DNA of 58,575 nt, taken from a virus (taxonomy: Duplodnaviria > Caudoviricetes). How positions within the stretch are numbered: the first letter of the stretch is position 1; each line of letters starts with the position of its first letter. The DNA lies in the IMG/VR virus record IMGVR_UViG_3300031669_000031, positions 1 to 58,575 of that record; one strand, 5' to 3'. This document shows, in pieces, positions 41,021-50,120 of the stretch. Under the pieces are notes generated by a model. That model was not told the origin of the DNA and made no database searches. It saw nothing but the letters and a program-made list of their open reading frames with translations. The position numbers and the translations under genes were made by a program.

Positions 41021-41095
41021 GTGCTGGCAGTAACAATTAATATAAACCTATTAGGGAGTAAGGGCCAGCACCCCGAAACCTAATAGGTATTTTTT
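41021..41095 (+). promoter_or_regulatory. Structured leader of HNH-AP2 gene
   Basis: ACCTATTAGG/CCTAATAGGT stem plus T-run ending at the ATG; its loop GCCAGCAC is complementary to upstream GTGCTGGC. Confidence 0.6.
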
Positions 41096-41605
41096 ATGAA
41101 AGAGATTAAACTAAGCCAACGAGGAAAAAACAAAGATAAATTTGTTGCATTGGTAGATGATGAAGATTTTGAATACCTTAATCAATGGAACTGGTGTGCA
41201 GCAAAGAATGGGAATACTTATTATGTTCAAAGAAGCATAAGAACTAAAGATAAGATAATAACAGTAAAAATGCATCGTGTGATTATGAACACTCCTAATG
41301 GAATAAAAACAGATCACAGAGATCGGAATGGGTTGCATTGTGAGAGGCATAATTTGAGGAACTGTACTAATGCTCAAAATGGAGCAAACAGACAATCATG
41401 GGGGAGATCGAAATATCTTGGCGTAACTTATCAGAATGGAAAAATTAAAGCCCAAATTCAAACGAATGGAAAGACAACTCATTTAGGATATTATAAAACT
41501 GAAGAATTGGCAGCAAAAGCTTATGACACAAAAGCGCAGGAGTTATTCGGAGAATTCGCTAATTTGAATTTTAAGGAGCCTTTTTTAAATAAGGCAGCAG
41601 TGTGA
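41096..41605 (+). CDS. HNH-AP2 homing endonuclease
   Basis: MHRVIM...DHRDRNGLHCERHNLR plus SKYLGV...HLGYY..EELAAKAYD...LFGEFANLNF; paralog of 10318-10800. Confidence 0.9.
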   Translation: MKEIKLSQRGKNKDKFVALVDDEDFEYLNQWNWCAAKNGNTYYVQRSIRTKDKIITVKMHRVIMNTPNGIKTDHRDRNGLHCERHNLRNCTNAQNGANRQSWGRSKYLGVTYQNGKIKAQIQTNGKTTHLGYYKTEELAAKAYDTKAQELFGEFANLNFKEPFLNKAAV

Positions 41606-41996
41606 GTAACTGTCCATGGTGCTCAAGCGGGCCAATGAATCTGTCTATTGAGAAGAAATCAGGGAATGTAATTCCTAACATTGAGTAGTTATTTCCCATT
41701 TGCCCATAGTAGGCCAAATCAATTCTCCAAATTATAAATAGGCACTCGTAGAATCGTGGAAGATACACAGCCTCATTGGGCTTATTATCGAAAATGTCAT
41801 GACACTCATGGTGGCTTAACATTGTGTTTAACTTCAATGTCTGTAACTCTCTACTGGCTGAACGTCTGATCAGGTGAGCAAGTTCTCCGTAACCATCCTT
41901 TACTCTGTGCCCACAGAATCCGCAAAGAGGATAATTTTGCTGATACCAGTTTTTAATGACTGATAGTTCGTAATCTATTTGAGATTGATAACCCAT
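41571..41996 (-). CDS. HNH/NinG-like zinc-binding nuclease
   Basis: CGFCG...AHLIRRS...N..LSHHECHDIFD. Confidence 0.6.
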   Translation of the reverse strand: MGYQSQIDYELSVIKNWYQQNYPLCGFCGHRVKDGYGELAHLIRRSASRELQTLKLNTMLSHHECHDIFDNKPNEAVYLPRFYECLFIIWRIDLAYYGQMGNNYSMLGITFPDFFSIDRFIGPLEHHGQLLTLLPYLKKAP

Positions 41997-42163
41997 TCCA
42001 AGGCCTTTATTTGTCCCAGGAGAATATTTGTCTGCTCCTGATTTTTTGCCCCTTCACCAGATTGCATGTCTATCTGATGCATGGCGCTGTACTGCTCTTG
42101 AAGTTTCTTAACTTCAATTATACATAGATTCTTCTTTAATACAATTTCAGCAAGTCCTTTCAT
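41975..42163 (-). CDS. Hypothetical protein
   Basis: GQIKALEWVI tail; operon context. Confidence 0.55.
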   Translation of the reverse strand: MKGLAEIVLKKNLCIIEVKKLQEQYSAMHQIDMQSGEGAKNQEQTNILLGQIKALEWVINLK

Positions 42164-42353
42164 TTCTTTACGTTTTATAATTCACAAAATAGCTACCAAA
42201 ACAAACCTCTGTATAGATATTTAATTGAAAAGAATATACTTATTGCTTTCCAAAAACTTCGGCACTGCCTACCAATTATTAATGACGAGATGCCTCCGTT
42301 ACCTTTATGTAGTGCGGTATGCCATTCGTTTTTTACTTTTTCGATTTTTGCTT

Positions 42354-42743
42354 TCATCCTTTCAGGTATTTATCAATTATTTCTTTACACTCATCAAAAC
42401 CGACTCCGAATACAGCTAAGTAGCCTCTTCTCCAAAGAGCATCAAGGAAGACGTCTTGTTCATTAATATGGGCATCCGTAATTTTACCATCCTTGTTGTA
42501 TATTTTTGTTCCTTCTGCCTTAATCTCAATGAATAGTCCCTTAAAACCACCACCTAAGTAACCAGTCTGCTCAATAATGAACAGGTCAGGATAGCCCTTC
42601 CCTCCCTGTATAGATTTGAGTATGCCTGACTGAGTTTTAGTCAGATGTAGTCCTGTCGGGTCAAAATGATATAAGACCTTTGGGTATTGCAACTTTAAAT
42701 ACAAAGCAATGTCTCTGTAGATTTGCGTTTCTCTATATTCCAT
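42354..42743 (-). CDS. VRR-NUC (PD-(D/E)xK) nuclease / resolvase-like
   Basis: ETQI...GYPDLFI...LFIEIK...Q...L...GY motifs. Confidence 0.85.
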   Translation of the reverse strand: MEYRETQIYRDIALYLKLQYPKVLYHFDPTGLHLTKTQSGILKSIQGGKGYPDLFIIEQTGYLGGGFKGLFIEIKAEGTKIYNKDGKITDAHINEQDVFLDALWRRGYLAVFGVGFDECKEIIDKYLKG

Positions 42744-43174
42744 TATATCTTTTTAGTTTGGTGTCTGAATTTAAGTTCATTGGTAAATGCCTCATTAGGT
42801 AAGGGAATGCAAATGTGTAATTCAATTTCGGCCCATGCCCGGACCTTCATGATATAATCCCAAAACTCATACATGTCAAGTCTGGTAGTTGAAGAAGTCC
42901 CAATGTAATATTGCATTTTCATTGTTTTTGGATTGTAGCGAAATTCGGGTTTAAAATTAAACATACGCTTAAAGGATTCATGTACTTCGTCAGCTGTCAT
43001 TCCAGTTTCTAAAGCTACGGCCTGATATACCACACCCCACATGTAGTCATTAGCCTCTACACTACGCAACGGGAAAACCTCTTGCAAATAAATTTTAAGA
43101 GGTAAACTCCGATGTTTGAGTAATTCATAAAGTTCATCCAGTTTTTTCTTGCTCCTGATGACAAAGTAGTCCAT
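42743..43174 (-). CDS. NinB/YbcN-like recombination protein
   Basis: RSVEANDYMWG...TADEVHESFK...SSTTRL...EF..YI..V..WA. Confidence 0.7.
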   Translation of the reverse strand: MDYFVIRSKKKLDELYELLKHRSLPLKIYLQEVFPLRSVEANDYMWGVVYQAVALETGMTADEVHESFKRMFNFKPEFRYNPKTMKMQYYIGTSSTTRLDMYEFWDYIMKVRAWAEIELHICIPLPNEAFTNELKFRHQTKKI

Positions 43175-43736
43175 TATGCTGTTTTAATTTTCTAATTACC
43201 CATTTATCTCTTAATTTGCGTTTTGTGTCCTCAGAAGCACGACTACCTTTTGTCCAAGTATTTACCCCCTTCATTCTTTCACTCTTTTTCTTAACCGATT
43301 CTTCTGATTGCTTCCAATGCTTGCCAAGAGTTTTGGTATTTCCTATTTGGGACTGCCTTATATTTTCTCTTGTTTCTTCGGAACGTTTTCCGGATGCATT
43401 CTTGTTACCAATTAATTTCTTGCAGCTTTCTTCTGGCCATTTTACACCCAAAGTATTTCCTGCAATCTTACAGATATTAAACCAAGGTTTAAGTATCTTA
43501 AAATAATATTGTTCTTTGATCGTAAGAAACATTGGGAGACATGGTTCAATGGTAACAAAAATTAAATCAGATTCCCTGTATTTATTGAAATGGTTTTGAA
43601 GTCTTGTAGAATGGTGTCTATTTTTCCTTAGATCGCATAAATGATGATCCCATCTTCTTTTAATGTTTGCGGCACTCCCGATATAACACCTCTCCGGCTT
43701 GCTTACCGACTGTATTTTATAGATGCCTTAACTCAT
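43134..43736 (-). pseudogene. GIY-YIG homing endonuclease with a stop at codon 3
   Basis: ATG AGT TAA then GIYKIQSVSKPERCYIGSA...RRW...KEQYYF, in frame with track ORF 43134-43532; the ATG overlaps the upstream TGA. Confidence 0.8.
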
Positions 43737-44020
43737 TTTCGTACCTTATACTCATACTGTTTCTTATACTGCTCAGTAGTGGTGATATTAATTTTCTCAC
43801 CTGATTGCAGAGCTTCCCATGCCTCCTTGGTCATAATCAGGGAAGCTGTATGATCATTGCCAATACCTATAAGAACTTCAATCGATTCTACTAAATATTC
43901 TTTCTTATAACCAGGATTCATGACGATAATGTGAGCCTTTGGGGTGATTTTAATTTCCTTACCAAGTCTCGAAGGGTAAAAGACAGGTTGATTCGTAATG
44001 CTCTTAACAAATGTTTCCAT
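43733..44020 (-). CDS. Hypothetical protein
   Basis: Follows the promoter at 44046-44077. Confidence 0.6.
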   Translation of the reverse strand: METFVKSITNQPVFYPSRLGKEIKITPKAHIIVMNPGYKKEYLVESIEVLIGIGNDHTASLIMTKEAWEALQSGEKINITTTEQYKKQYEYKVRK

Positions 44021-44045
44021 AATAGTAAATATATTAATTAATATA

Positions 44046-44077
44046 CAAAAATACTAATTAAGTGATAAATAAACAAA
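44046..44077 (-). promoter_or_regulatory. Bacteroidota sigma-A type promoter for nin-like operon
   Basis: TTTG (44077-44074), 20 nt spacer, TATTTTTG (44053-44046). Confidence 0.7.
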
Positions 44078-44101
44078 TCAATTTAAGAAATTGTAATCTG
44101 T

Positions 44102-44527
44102 TCATGACGATATTGCTATATTACCAAACCACTGAGGAGATCCAGCAGGATATGCATTGACTTTAATGCATTCATCCGGTTTAAGCAGAGGATGCTTTAC
44201 TACTCTCATCCCTCTGAAGTGTCCAATTGTGGAAAGCATGTAATCTGGCATATCTATTTTTCCCGATTGTAAGGATTGAAAGCACATATCCTGAAACTGT
44301 TTATATTTATTCTCTCCCATATATAGAGCAGGAGAAGAACTATGGAAAAACATTCCAGTATTATTCCATTCGTTTAAAAAATCCTTTGGTGTTATCCCTT
44401 CAGGGACAAATAAAAGGCCTCTTGGAGGATTGACTGTTTTTTTAGTCGTTTCAGCTAATACTTTCGGTGCCACGACTGCCGCAACACTACCGAAGCCAAG
44501 CAGTCTAAGAAATCTTTTTCTGTTCAT
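44102..44527 (-). CDS. Protein with Tat-like N-terminus
   Basis: MNRKRFLRLLGFGSVAAVVAPKVLA. Confidence 0.55.
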   Translation of the reverse strand: MNRKRFLRLLGFGSVAAVVAPKVLAETTKKTVNPPRGLLFVPEGITPKDFLNEWNNTGMFFHSSSPALYMGENKYKQFQDMCFQSLQSGKIDMPDYMLSTIGHFRGMRVVKHPLLKPDECIKVNAYPAGSPQWFGNIAISS

Positions 44528-44711
44528 TGGTTTTCATTTTATGGTATTCTTCAATAATGTCATAATCCTCATCAGTAAGATTCTGAAGCATTTTCCAAAT
44601 TAATCCTTTTGATAAGTTTTTTAGATCAACCGGGACTCCGATCTGCATTAAGCCTCTTGTCATATTCTGACTACTAAGCCATTCCATTGATACATTACCT
44701 GTTAGATTCAT
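44505..44711 (-). CDS. Hypothetical protein
   Basis: ORF track; overlaps neighbours in operon fashion. Confidence 0.45.
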   Translation of the reverse strand: MNLTGNVSMEWLSSQNMTRGLMQIGVPVDLKNLSKGLIWKMLQNLTDEDYDIIEEYHKMKTNEQKKIS

Positions 44712-45066
44712 TATTAATAGATTTTATTGTTTCGACATAAGATTTGCGTATAACATTGTTCTTAGTGATAACAGCGAAACACTGTCTAAGCATCTGATTG
44801 TAATCCTGATACATAGGGAAGTACCTAACCTTTTTTGCTCTGAGGTTTTTAAGATCAATAGAGTTCACTTCATCAAAGCCGCCACCTACATTTTTGAGGA
44901 TATAGTAGGTCCTGCCATCATTGGCATTTTTCATTTTTGCCCTCTTGATGGCTCGCTCAATAGCTTTCCGATCACGCTTTACATTCCAGACGGATTGACG
45001 GTAGGCTCTCCATTCTATCCAATCGATCCTGATCTTGGTTTTTAAATCTGTTAAGATGTTTGACAT
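44695..45066 (-). CDS. Basic hypothetical protein
   Basis: RAIKRAKMKNANDGRTYYIL; operon context. Confidence 0.6.
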   Translation of the reverse strand: MSNILTDLKTKIRIDWIEWRAYRQSVWNVKRDRKAIERAIKRAKMKNANDGRTYYILKNVGGGFDEVNSIDLKNLRAKKVRYFPMYQDYNQMLRQCFAVITKNNVIRKSYVETIKSINNESNR

Positions 45067-45566
45067 AATTTTATGTATTTTCCGTTAATTATAGATTTAG
45101 ATAACCGTTTGTCTGCCTCTTTCCCATAGGCTATCAATACTGAAGGAGCTCCTCCATTCCATTTGGCCTTCTTGCCTGATACGCTGAAAAAGCTTAACCT
45201 TCCTTTGATAAACAAAACAGAATAAGCATTAGGCCAGACATATTGGAAAAACATCTTAGTCTCTGTGCGAGCAAAGATAAGTGCAATTCCATTATTATGT
45301 ATTGCTAATCTATTGAGCCAAAATACTGTTTCGTTCCCATAAGGAGGATTACACCAGACAAACCCTTCCCAAGGCTGTAACAATCCATTATCTTCAGTAG
45401 TAAAGTGTTTTTTTGCTGTTGCCCAAGGGCGAATAATTGGAGCACAAGGATCAAGATCAAAAGGGCCTAAGTCCAGAATAATATCCGGAGGAGTAAGCCA
45501 TTCATCGCTTATCATTTTTGTTGACTGATGAGATCCCATTCCATTCATAACTATCATTTTATCCAA
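45051..45566 (-). CDS. Phage DNA N6-adenine methyltransferase
   Basis: DEWLTPP, FDLDPCA, WCNPPYG (catalytic), ARTET, GRLSF motifs. Confidence 0.9.
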   Translation of the reverse strand: MDKMIVMNGMGSHQSTKMISDEWLTPPDIILDLGPFDLDPCAPIIRPWATAKKHFTTEDNGLLQPWEGFVWCNPPYGNETVFWLNRLAIHNNGIALIFARTETKMFFQYVWPNAYSVLFIKGRLSFFSVSGKKAKWNGGAPSVLIAYGKEADKRLSKSIINGKYIKLCQTS

Positions 45567-48500
45567 AACTCGCTTCCGAAATTATAATATTTTTGTTTGT
45601 CGTAAATGGTTTACTTACTACAGGCAGTGGAAGATATTTTAAACTCATCCAAACCACCCCGGCTGTAGTAATCGCCACATCATCATGGCATCCATCCACT
45701 GCTCCGATAGTGCCATCAATTTTATATTCAAGAGTGTCCATTTCGTCACACGCTTTATCCCATTTCTCAACATAGAGGTTATCCCTGAGTGCTGCATTAA
45801 GTGTATTTATAATAAGAGACTTAGTTCCTGAATTAGTATGAAATCCATACTTTATAGGTACTTTCATTCTGATCTTTTCAGGGTCTGTCCTTGAAAACAT
45901 ATTAGTATAATACGGAGCAATCTCATCAAGTATAGTTATGAAGTGATCTCCCTCTGTAGATTTTTTTGTTCTCAGTGAATTTGTCTCTATTGCAAGCAGG
46001 GCAATACCATAAAACATGCCAAGCTGTGCTGATATCCATGCAAAGATGTCCTGGTCGCAGTTATGAACAACGTAACAAGCTGTTGAGTATGAATTATCTT
46101 CTTCAACTTCTAAATTATACACGAACCCCGAATACGGCTGACTTGTTTTTGTTTTGACCTTATAGGCTATATTATTTGCATCTTGAAGTAAGGAATACTT
46201 CTTGATTTCCGATACAGTCCATACTATATTGTATCTTGGCCTTTTGCTTTTTATATAGCTATTTTTAGTTTTTGCAATTACCCTGTATATTCCAGGGCGG
46301 TATCCCAGCAATATTAGAATATCCCTTATCTGTCTCGCAAGAATGGGAGATACTGTTGATGCCGAATGTGTTATTGTTTGATCTGTATTGTATGTAGAAC
46401 CATCCCCCTTCCAGTAGCTTTCCAGTAACTCGGATAATAATTCTTTTGAGGATTCTAAAACGACTGAACTTATCTTTTTCTCCCATGAGTGCTCTCCACA
46501 TAATTCAAGAACAAGCGATGCAAGGTGAGTATCACAAACTCTCACCCTGCAAACTCCGACATCCTTATATTCTATGATAGAGCTTTTAAACCCAAGTTTT
46601 AAAAGTTTTTCATAACAGTCTTTTGCTACAGTTTCTCTTTCATAATATGAAAATGAGAAATATACACCATAAGGTTTTTTATTCTTACCCTTATGGTTTA
46701 TATGGCCCTCGGCTAAATAATAACCAAGAATAGAATAAAAGACTTTCAGGTCTGTTATTTCACGAACTGTATCTTTCGACTTACCTCCATTATATTTATT
46801 GATAATGAATGAAGGATTAAATTCTACTCTATTTTTAGAATATGCAATGTATTGTAAATTATTAGCTTCAATCCATTTAGGGTCTCCAATACATTCTTTT
46901 TTATTGTATTGATAACGATTTCTCCAAGGTACTCTTTCAATTTTATTTACAACATTATTGCTGTAAAACGGATGTTCAGGAGTACAGGTAACTGTTTCGT
47001 AATTTCCTTGCGATCTTATTGAAATGACTTCTCCACTATAGTTATTTTTATATGTTTTGATGACTTTTTTGAATCTGTTTTTATGTGTCCATACAAGATC
47101 GCCTACCTTAACATCTTTAATTTGCTTAAATCCATCAGATGTATATATCAGTGTGTCAGGGACAAAGCAATGGCCCCACCAGGTAGCAACAATCTCAGGT
47201 CTGCCTCCATCCATCATCCAGTATCGATCTATAACCCTTAGGCAAGAATAGTCAGCAAGAATAGTCCTTCCTCCAACGTCCCCAAAGATAGCATACCTAT
47301 CAGTGATATCTTCTGTTATATCCGGCATACTCCATATAAGCAGATTCCCTCTTGGATTTTCAAGAAACTTTATATTCTTCAGGCTATCGGGGCCAACCTG
47401 TGCATCTCCTTTTAATTCTCCGACATAGACAGGTTTCACGCAACCATTGCGCATGTTAAGTACATATTCTGGTGAAAATACCCTTCTTCCTGTTGAGGCG
47501 AATGCTTCTTTATCGTTACTTGGAAAATCTTCATTCATCCTCCATGTATCGTAGTTCTCTCCTATCTTAGTATCAAAATACCATTTGATACCTTCCAGGG
47601 TAGCTCCTATGCTCCAAAGATATTTTGCATAGCCTGTAGTTTCCGCAAGCATCCATTCAATGAACTTAGGTAAATCATTCTCTTTTATTGTTTTCTGATA
47701 TCTCTCTATCTCAAACCATGCGACAAATACAGGATCATACGAGCTCTCTCCTTTTTTTGCAGCCTGCCATTCCCTGTGAAAAGCATTGCCTACACCTTTA
47801 GCTGTGGATTCAAGGACTATAATAGAGTCAGGTGCATTGGGGACTGTTGACCGGAGATTCTGCAGAAGATCTTCCGTTGACCGCTGTGGAGTTGATTTGA
47901 ACTTCCCAAGCTCCGAAACATGAAGCATTGCGAAGTCATAAGATGCAAGGCTTTCCGGCTTCTGTGCAGAGCCAACTCCAACAATACAATTTCTCTCTTT
48001 GATCATCTTAGTCTTGCTGGACCCTTCATATGGCACGAATGTTATTGTTCCGAACTGTTGCGGATATAACCTTCCGAGCCTCCGGTACATACCTCTTATG
48101 TTTCTGGCCTGATCATCTACATCAGCAATGATAGCAGAATGCCAGTTGGTTTTTAGTACTCGCTGAATCCATGCCATATATATTTGAACGAGAGTCGATC
48201 CTCCCCATTGGCGAGCTTTAAGAAGTACAATCCTGATCGGCACTCCTTCGGTACGCATTTTTTCAAGACGGCTAAGTAATTTTCTTTGAGCCCTGTTAAG
48301 GATGAATGGGATCTCCTGCTTGGTTACCTTATCCTGAATCTTCGCACATACAAAGGCCCAAAATTCAAAGTCATAATCAAATCGTTTCTTACTTAAATCG
48401 TTTATGATAGCCTGAGTTGTAAGAAAATCATTTGTCCCTACAGCCTTTTCTACCGATCCCTCATCTCTTATCTTTTGGAGTATTGGCAGATCATCGAACA

Positions 48501-48666
48501 TTTGTTTTGGGAAGTAGATAGAATAATTAACGTCTGCATGGGAAAAATCTACTTTGATTCGCTTTAAAGGAGAACCTAACCCGGTTGCAGGGTTATAGGG
48601 AGTATTCAATTTATCCCTACGAATCTTGTTTTCAGCAAGGATCTTATCTAATTGATCACTTGGCAT
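45559..48666 (-). CDS. terL: Terminase large subunit containing an intein
   Basis: LNRAQ, LKARQWGGST (Walker A), LHVSE, ESTAKG, GDVGG and HDD nuclease motifs; ~665 aa after splicing. Confidence 0.92.
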   Translation of the reverse strand: MPSDQLDKILAENKIRRDKLNTPYNPATGLGSPLKRIKVDFSHADVNYSIYFPKQMFDDLPILQKIRDEGSVEKAVGTNDFLTTQAIINDLSKKRFDYDFEFWAFVCAKIQDKVTKQEIPFILNRAQRKLLSRLEKMRTEGVPIRIVLLKARQWGGSTLVQIYMAWIQRVLKTNWHSAIIADVDDQARNIRGMYRRLGRLYPQQFGTITFVPYEGSSKTKMIKERNCIVGVGSAQKPESLASYDFAMLHVSELGKFKSTPQRSTEDLLQNLRSTVPNAPDSIIVLESTAKGVGNAFHREWQAAKKGESSYDPVFVAWFEIERYQKTIKENDLPKFIEWMLAETTGYAKYLWSIGATLEGIKWYFDTKIGENYDTWRMNEDFPSNDKEAFASTGRRVFSPEYVLNMRNGCVKPVYVGELKGDAQVGPDSLKNIKFLENPRGNLLIWSMPDITEDITDRYAIFGDVGGRTILADYSCLRVIDRYWMMDGGRPEIVATWWGHCFVPDTLIYTSDGFKQIKDVKVGDLVWTHKNRFKKVIKTYKNNYSGEVISIRSQGNYETVTCTPEHPFYSNNVVNKIERVPWRNRYQYNKKECIGDPKWIEANNLQYIAYSKNRVEFNPSFIINKYNGGKSKDTVREITDLKVFYSILGYYLAEGHINHKGKNKKPYGVYFSFSYYERETVAKDCYEKLLKLGFKSSIIEYKDVGVCRVRVCDTHLASLVLELCGEHSWEKKISSVVLESSKELLSELLESYWKGDGSTYNTDQTITHSASTVSPILARQIRDILILLGYRPGIYRVIAKTKNSYIKSKRPRYNIVWTVSEIKKYSLLQDANNIAYKVKTKTSQPYSGFVYNLEVEEDNSYSTACYVVHNCDQDIFAWISAQLGMFYGIALLAIETNSLRTKKSTEGDHFITILDEIAPYYTNMFSRTDPEKIRMKVPIKYGFHTNSGTKSLIINTLNAALRDNLYVEKWDKACDEMDTLEYKIDGTIGAVDGCHDDVAITTAGVVWMSLKYLPLPVVSKPFTTNKNIIISEASFG
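46060..47169 (-). mobile_element. 370-aa intein with LAGLIDADG homing endonuclease
   Basis: N-splice GH|CFVPDTLI, block B TCTPEHPF, LGYYLAEG and YWKGDG motifs, C-splice VYNLEVEEDNSY...VVHN|C. Confidence 0.93.
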
Positions 48667-48853
48667 TATCTTTCTCCCGGAATTTCTTAGTTATTATTTT
48701 ACAGACATATCTGTTTGAATAATTAGTTCTTCGGGCAACCTCATCATACATTGACCCTTTTGATTGAAATCGGGCATCTTTTCCTTTTTCTAATATTACC
48801 TGTGTATATACACTAAATATCGCTTCATGCCTCTGTTTAGTGTTGTCATTCAT
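48656..48853 (-). CDS. Small HTH-like protein upstream of terL
   Basis: MYDEVARRTNYSNRYVCKII; probable start MNDNTK; TATATTTG -7 box at 48883-48876. Confidence 0.55.
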   Translation of the reverse strand: MNDNTKQRHEAIFSVYTQVILEKGKDARFQSKGSMYDEVARRTNYSNRYVCKIITKKFREKDNAK

Positions 48854-48875
48854 CGAAGAGAGGTATTGGTTTGAG

Positions 48876-48947
48876 CAAATATAAGACAAAAAGACAGATA
48901 TTAGCGACAATTTGCGATTAATTTACAAACATAAAGGAGTAGATTTG
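48876..48947. promoter_or_regulatory. Divergent promoters (terL operon leftward, head operon rightward)
   Basis: TATATTTG on minus (48883-48876) and TAGATTTG on plus (48940-48947); -33 boxes not clear. Confidence 0.5.
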
Positions 48948-48984
48948 AACTTATTATTTCATAAACCTAAAAAACATATTTAAT

Positions 48985-50091
48985 ATGGCAGAAGGTGGGA
49001 GTTCAAATTCAGGCGCAAGCGCAGGTGCAGCAGGCAGTTCAGATGCAGGAGCAGGAACAGCCGGGACAGCAGTAAGTACCGAAGCGGCAGCTGTAAAAAG
49101 CGAAGGAACAGAAAGCAGCGAGTCAGCAAAAGAGTTATCAGATGTATTAACCCAGGATGAAGAAAAAGCCTCTAAAGTAGAAAAGCCTCCGGAAACAGAG
49201 AAAGCCCCGGAGAAGGTTGGAAAGATAATTGATGATAAGCCGGTAACGGTGCAGGAGGTAAAGGATAAGACAACTATTGACAAAGATCATGTAGTGGGCG
49301 AAGAAAAGAAGCCCGAGGAAAAGAAAGAAGAAGTTAAAAAACATAAATATCACGACAGGTTGATTAAAGAATTTCCCGACAGGAAGTTCGCCTCTGATGA
49401 TGAGTATGAAGCATCACATGAGGAATATGTTAAGAACCTTGAGGGATATAGAGAACGAGGGACGATAGCTAACCAGAAGTTAGTAGCGTTGTTTGAAGCC
49501 GAGCCACAGATAGCAGATGTTGTATCAGAGATGATCAGAGGAGCAACTATGCGGTCCGCATTGGCAAGGCACATTGGAGCAGAGGACTTAGTTCCGGAGG
49601 AAGGGGACCCTGATTATTCCGTTTGGGATAAAAACACAAAAGAGAGACTTGAAAGGATTGAGAAATCAAACAAGTTCAATCAGGAGTTCAATGAGAATGT
49701 TGAATTTTCAGTTAAATCGATACATGAATTCGCTGAAGAAAACAAACTCCCTCCCGAGGAAGCAGAGAAAATCTTAGGAGAATTTAATGATATGCTCAAA
49801 GACATTTATCGTGGAAAGATCACGAAAGAGACTCTCACCAAAATTACGAAAGCAGTTAAGCATGATGAGGCAGTAAAGGAAGCAATTAAAGATGCTAAAG
49901 AGGAGGGTGAAATAAAGGGAAAGAACGAAGCTGTCAAAGCAAAGAAGGAAGTAGAATCGCTTAAAAAGGATGATGGAATCCCGGCTCTCAAAAAAACAGG
50001 TGATACCATAGAGGAGACACCAGAAAAGCCCGAACAGGCTCAAATCATAGATCGCATATTTGGCGCAGCCAAGAAAAGATCAAACTTTTAA
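48985..50091 (+). CDS. Capsid scaffolding protein
   Basis: Low-complexity acidic N-terminus, helical charged body, immediately upstream of the capsid gene. Confidence 0.7.
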   Translation: MAEGGSSNSGASAGAAGSSDAGAGTAGTAVSTEAAAVKSEGTESSESAKELSDVLTQDEEKASKVEKPPETEKAPEKVGKIIDDKPVTVQEVKDKTTIDKDHVVGEEKKPEEKKEEVKKHKYHDRLIKEFPDRKFASDDEYEASHEEYVKNLEGYRERGTIANQKLVALFEAEPQIADVVSEMIRGATMRSALARHIGAEDLVPEEGDPDYSVWDKNTKERLERIEKSNKFNQEFNENVEFSVKSIHEFAEENKLPPEEAEKILGEFNDMLKDIYRGKITKETLTKITKAVKHDEAVKEAIKDAKEEGEIKGKNEAVKAKKEVESLKKDDGIPALKKTGDTIEETPEKPEQAQIIDRIFGAAKKRSNF

Positions 50092-50120
50092 AAATTAATA
50101 TAAACTAAAAAATTCTTCAA

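Noticed and set aside
43728-43730. Stop-codon reassignment as in some crAss-like phages
   Set aside because: Long genes are intact in the standard code, TAA is a common true stop here, and no suppressor tRNA is present
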